A DNA stretch of 44,540 nt, taken from the NCBI GenBank assembly GCA_040357565.1, contig JBDODJ010000087.1, one strand, 5' to 3'. Numbering within the stretch: position 1 is the stretch's first letter; each line of letters starts with the position of its first letter. Below the pieces are notes generated by a model. It worked only from the letters and a program-made list of their open reading frames with translations. It ran no database searches and was not told where the DNA came from. Source of the stretch: Cercozoa sp. M6MM. Taxonomy: Eukaryota > Protista > Endomyxa: Ascetosporea. The position numbers and the translations under genes are program-made. Below are positions 44,170-44,540 of this stretch, piece after piece.

Positions 44170-44490
44170 TTTCAAGATGAAACATACAAAGCATACAGTG
44201 TATTTTACTTGAGCTGGCGTGTTCTGGCAGTTACGTTGTTCGTACCTGTTGTATTTGTGCTGCACACATGGAACAATGTACGACACACCTCATCTAACCA
44301 ACTGTTCTTATACACACTCATATAACTTTGTGGCTTGGTTAGTTGCTGTCGCTACCGCAAACGTTTTACCATCCATACCTCATTTCACTGGTCTTCGTTC
44401 AAGCGATCTTGTCAGTGTTACCATTTGTCTCTCGCGTGATTGTCGTCTCCATGCCAGAATATCCAATGACGCCCAACGATCAAACAGTGG

Positions 44491-44495
<5 letters not shown>

Positions 44496-44540
<45 letters not shown>
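44496..44540 (+). repeat. (CA)n microsatellite running to the window end
   Basis: Directly visible; probably where the contig breaks. Confidence 0.95.

Overview
Eukaryotic (protist-like) nuclear DNA: compact, standard genetic code, very intron-dense. Most introns are about 45-110 nt GT-AG, so the six-frame ORF track is mostly exon fragments, antisense shadows and microsatellite artefacts. Manual splicing gives 15 gene models: a mitochondrial-type DEAD-box helicase (partial, -), a low-complexity protein (+), a DnaQ-like DEDDh exonuclease with SIM/NLS/polyN/polyQ (+), a WH2-WH2-C-A (Arp2/3 activator-like) protein with a PRR11/MTFR-like RSPGGTP motif (-), SMC5 (+), a small Ser-rich protein (-), a secreted cupin (+), an APC/LAT amino-acid permease (+), a probable CPLANE1/JBTS17-like protein (+), kinesin-associated protein KAP3 (-), a basic coiled-coil protein (+), L-2-hydroxyglutarate dehydrogenase (+), a triple-BRCT protein (+), ER Hsp90/GRP94 ending in HMEL (+) and an unknown membrane protein (+). 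Points of interest: the NPF-like protein; unusual splicing architecture (5' splice sites mostly lacking +5G, gene-specific C-rich TTACCC introns, complementary intron pairs, an acceptor just before most start codons); an intron-poor ciliary gene island; and an SQ/TQ+SUMO tail on SMC5. All gene models and homologies are by eye; no database searches were run.
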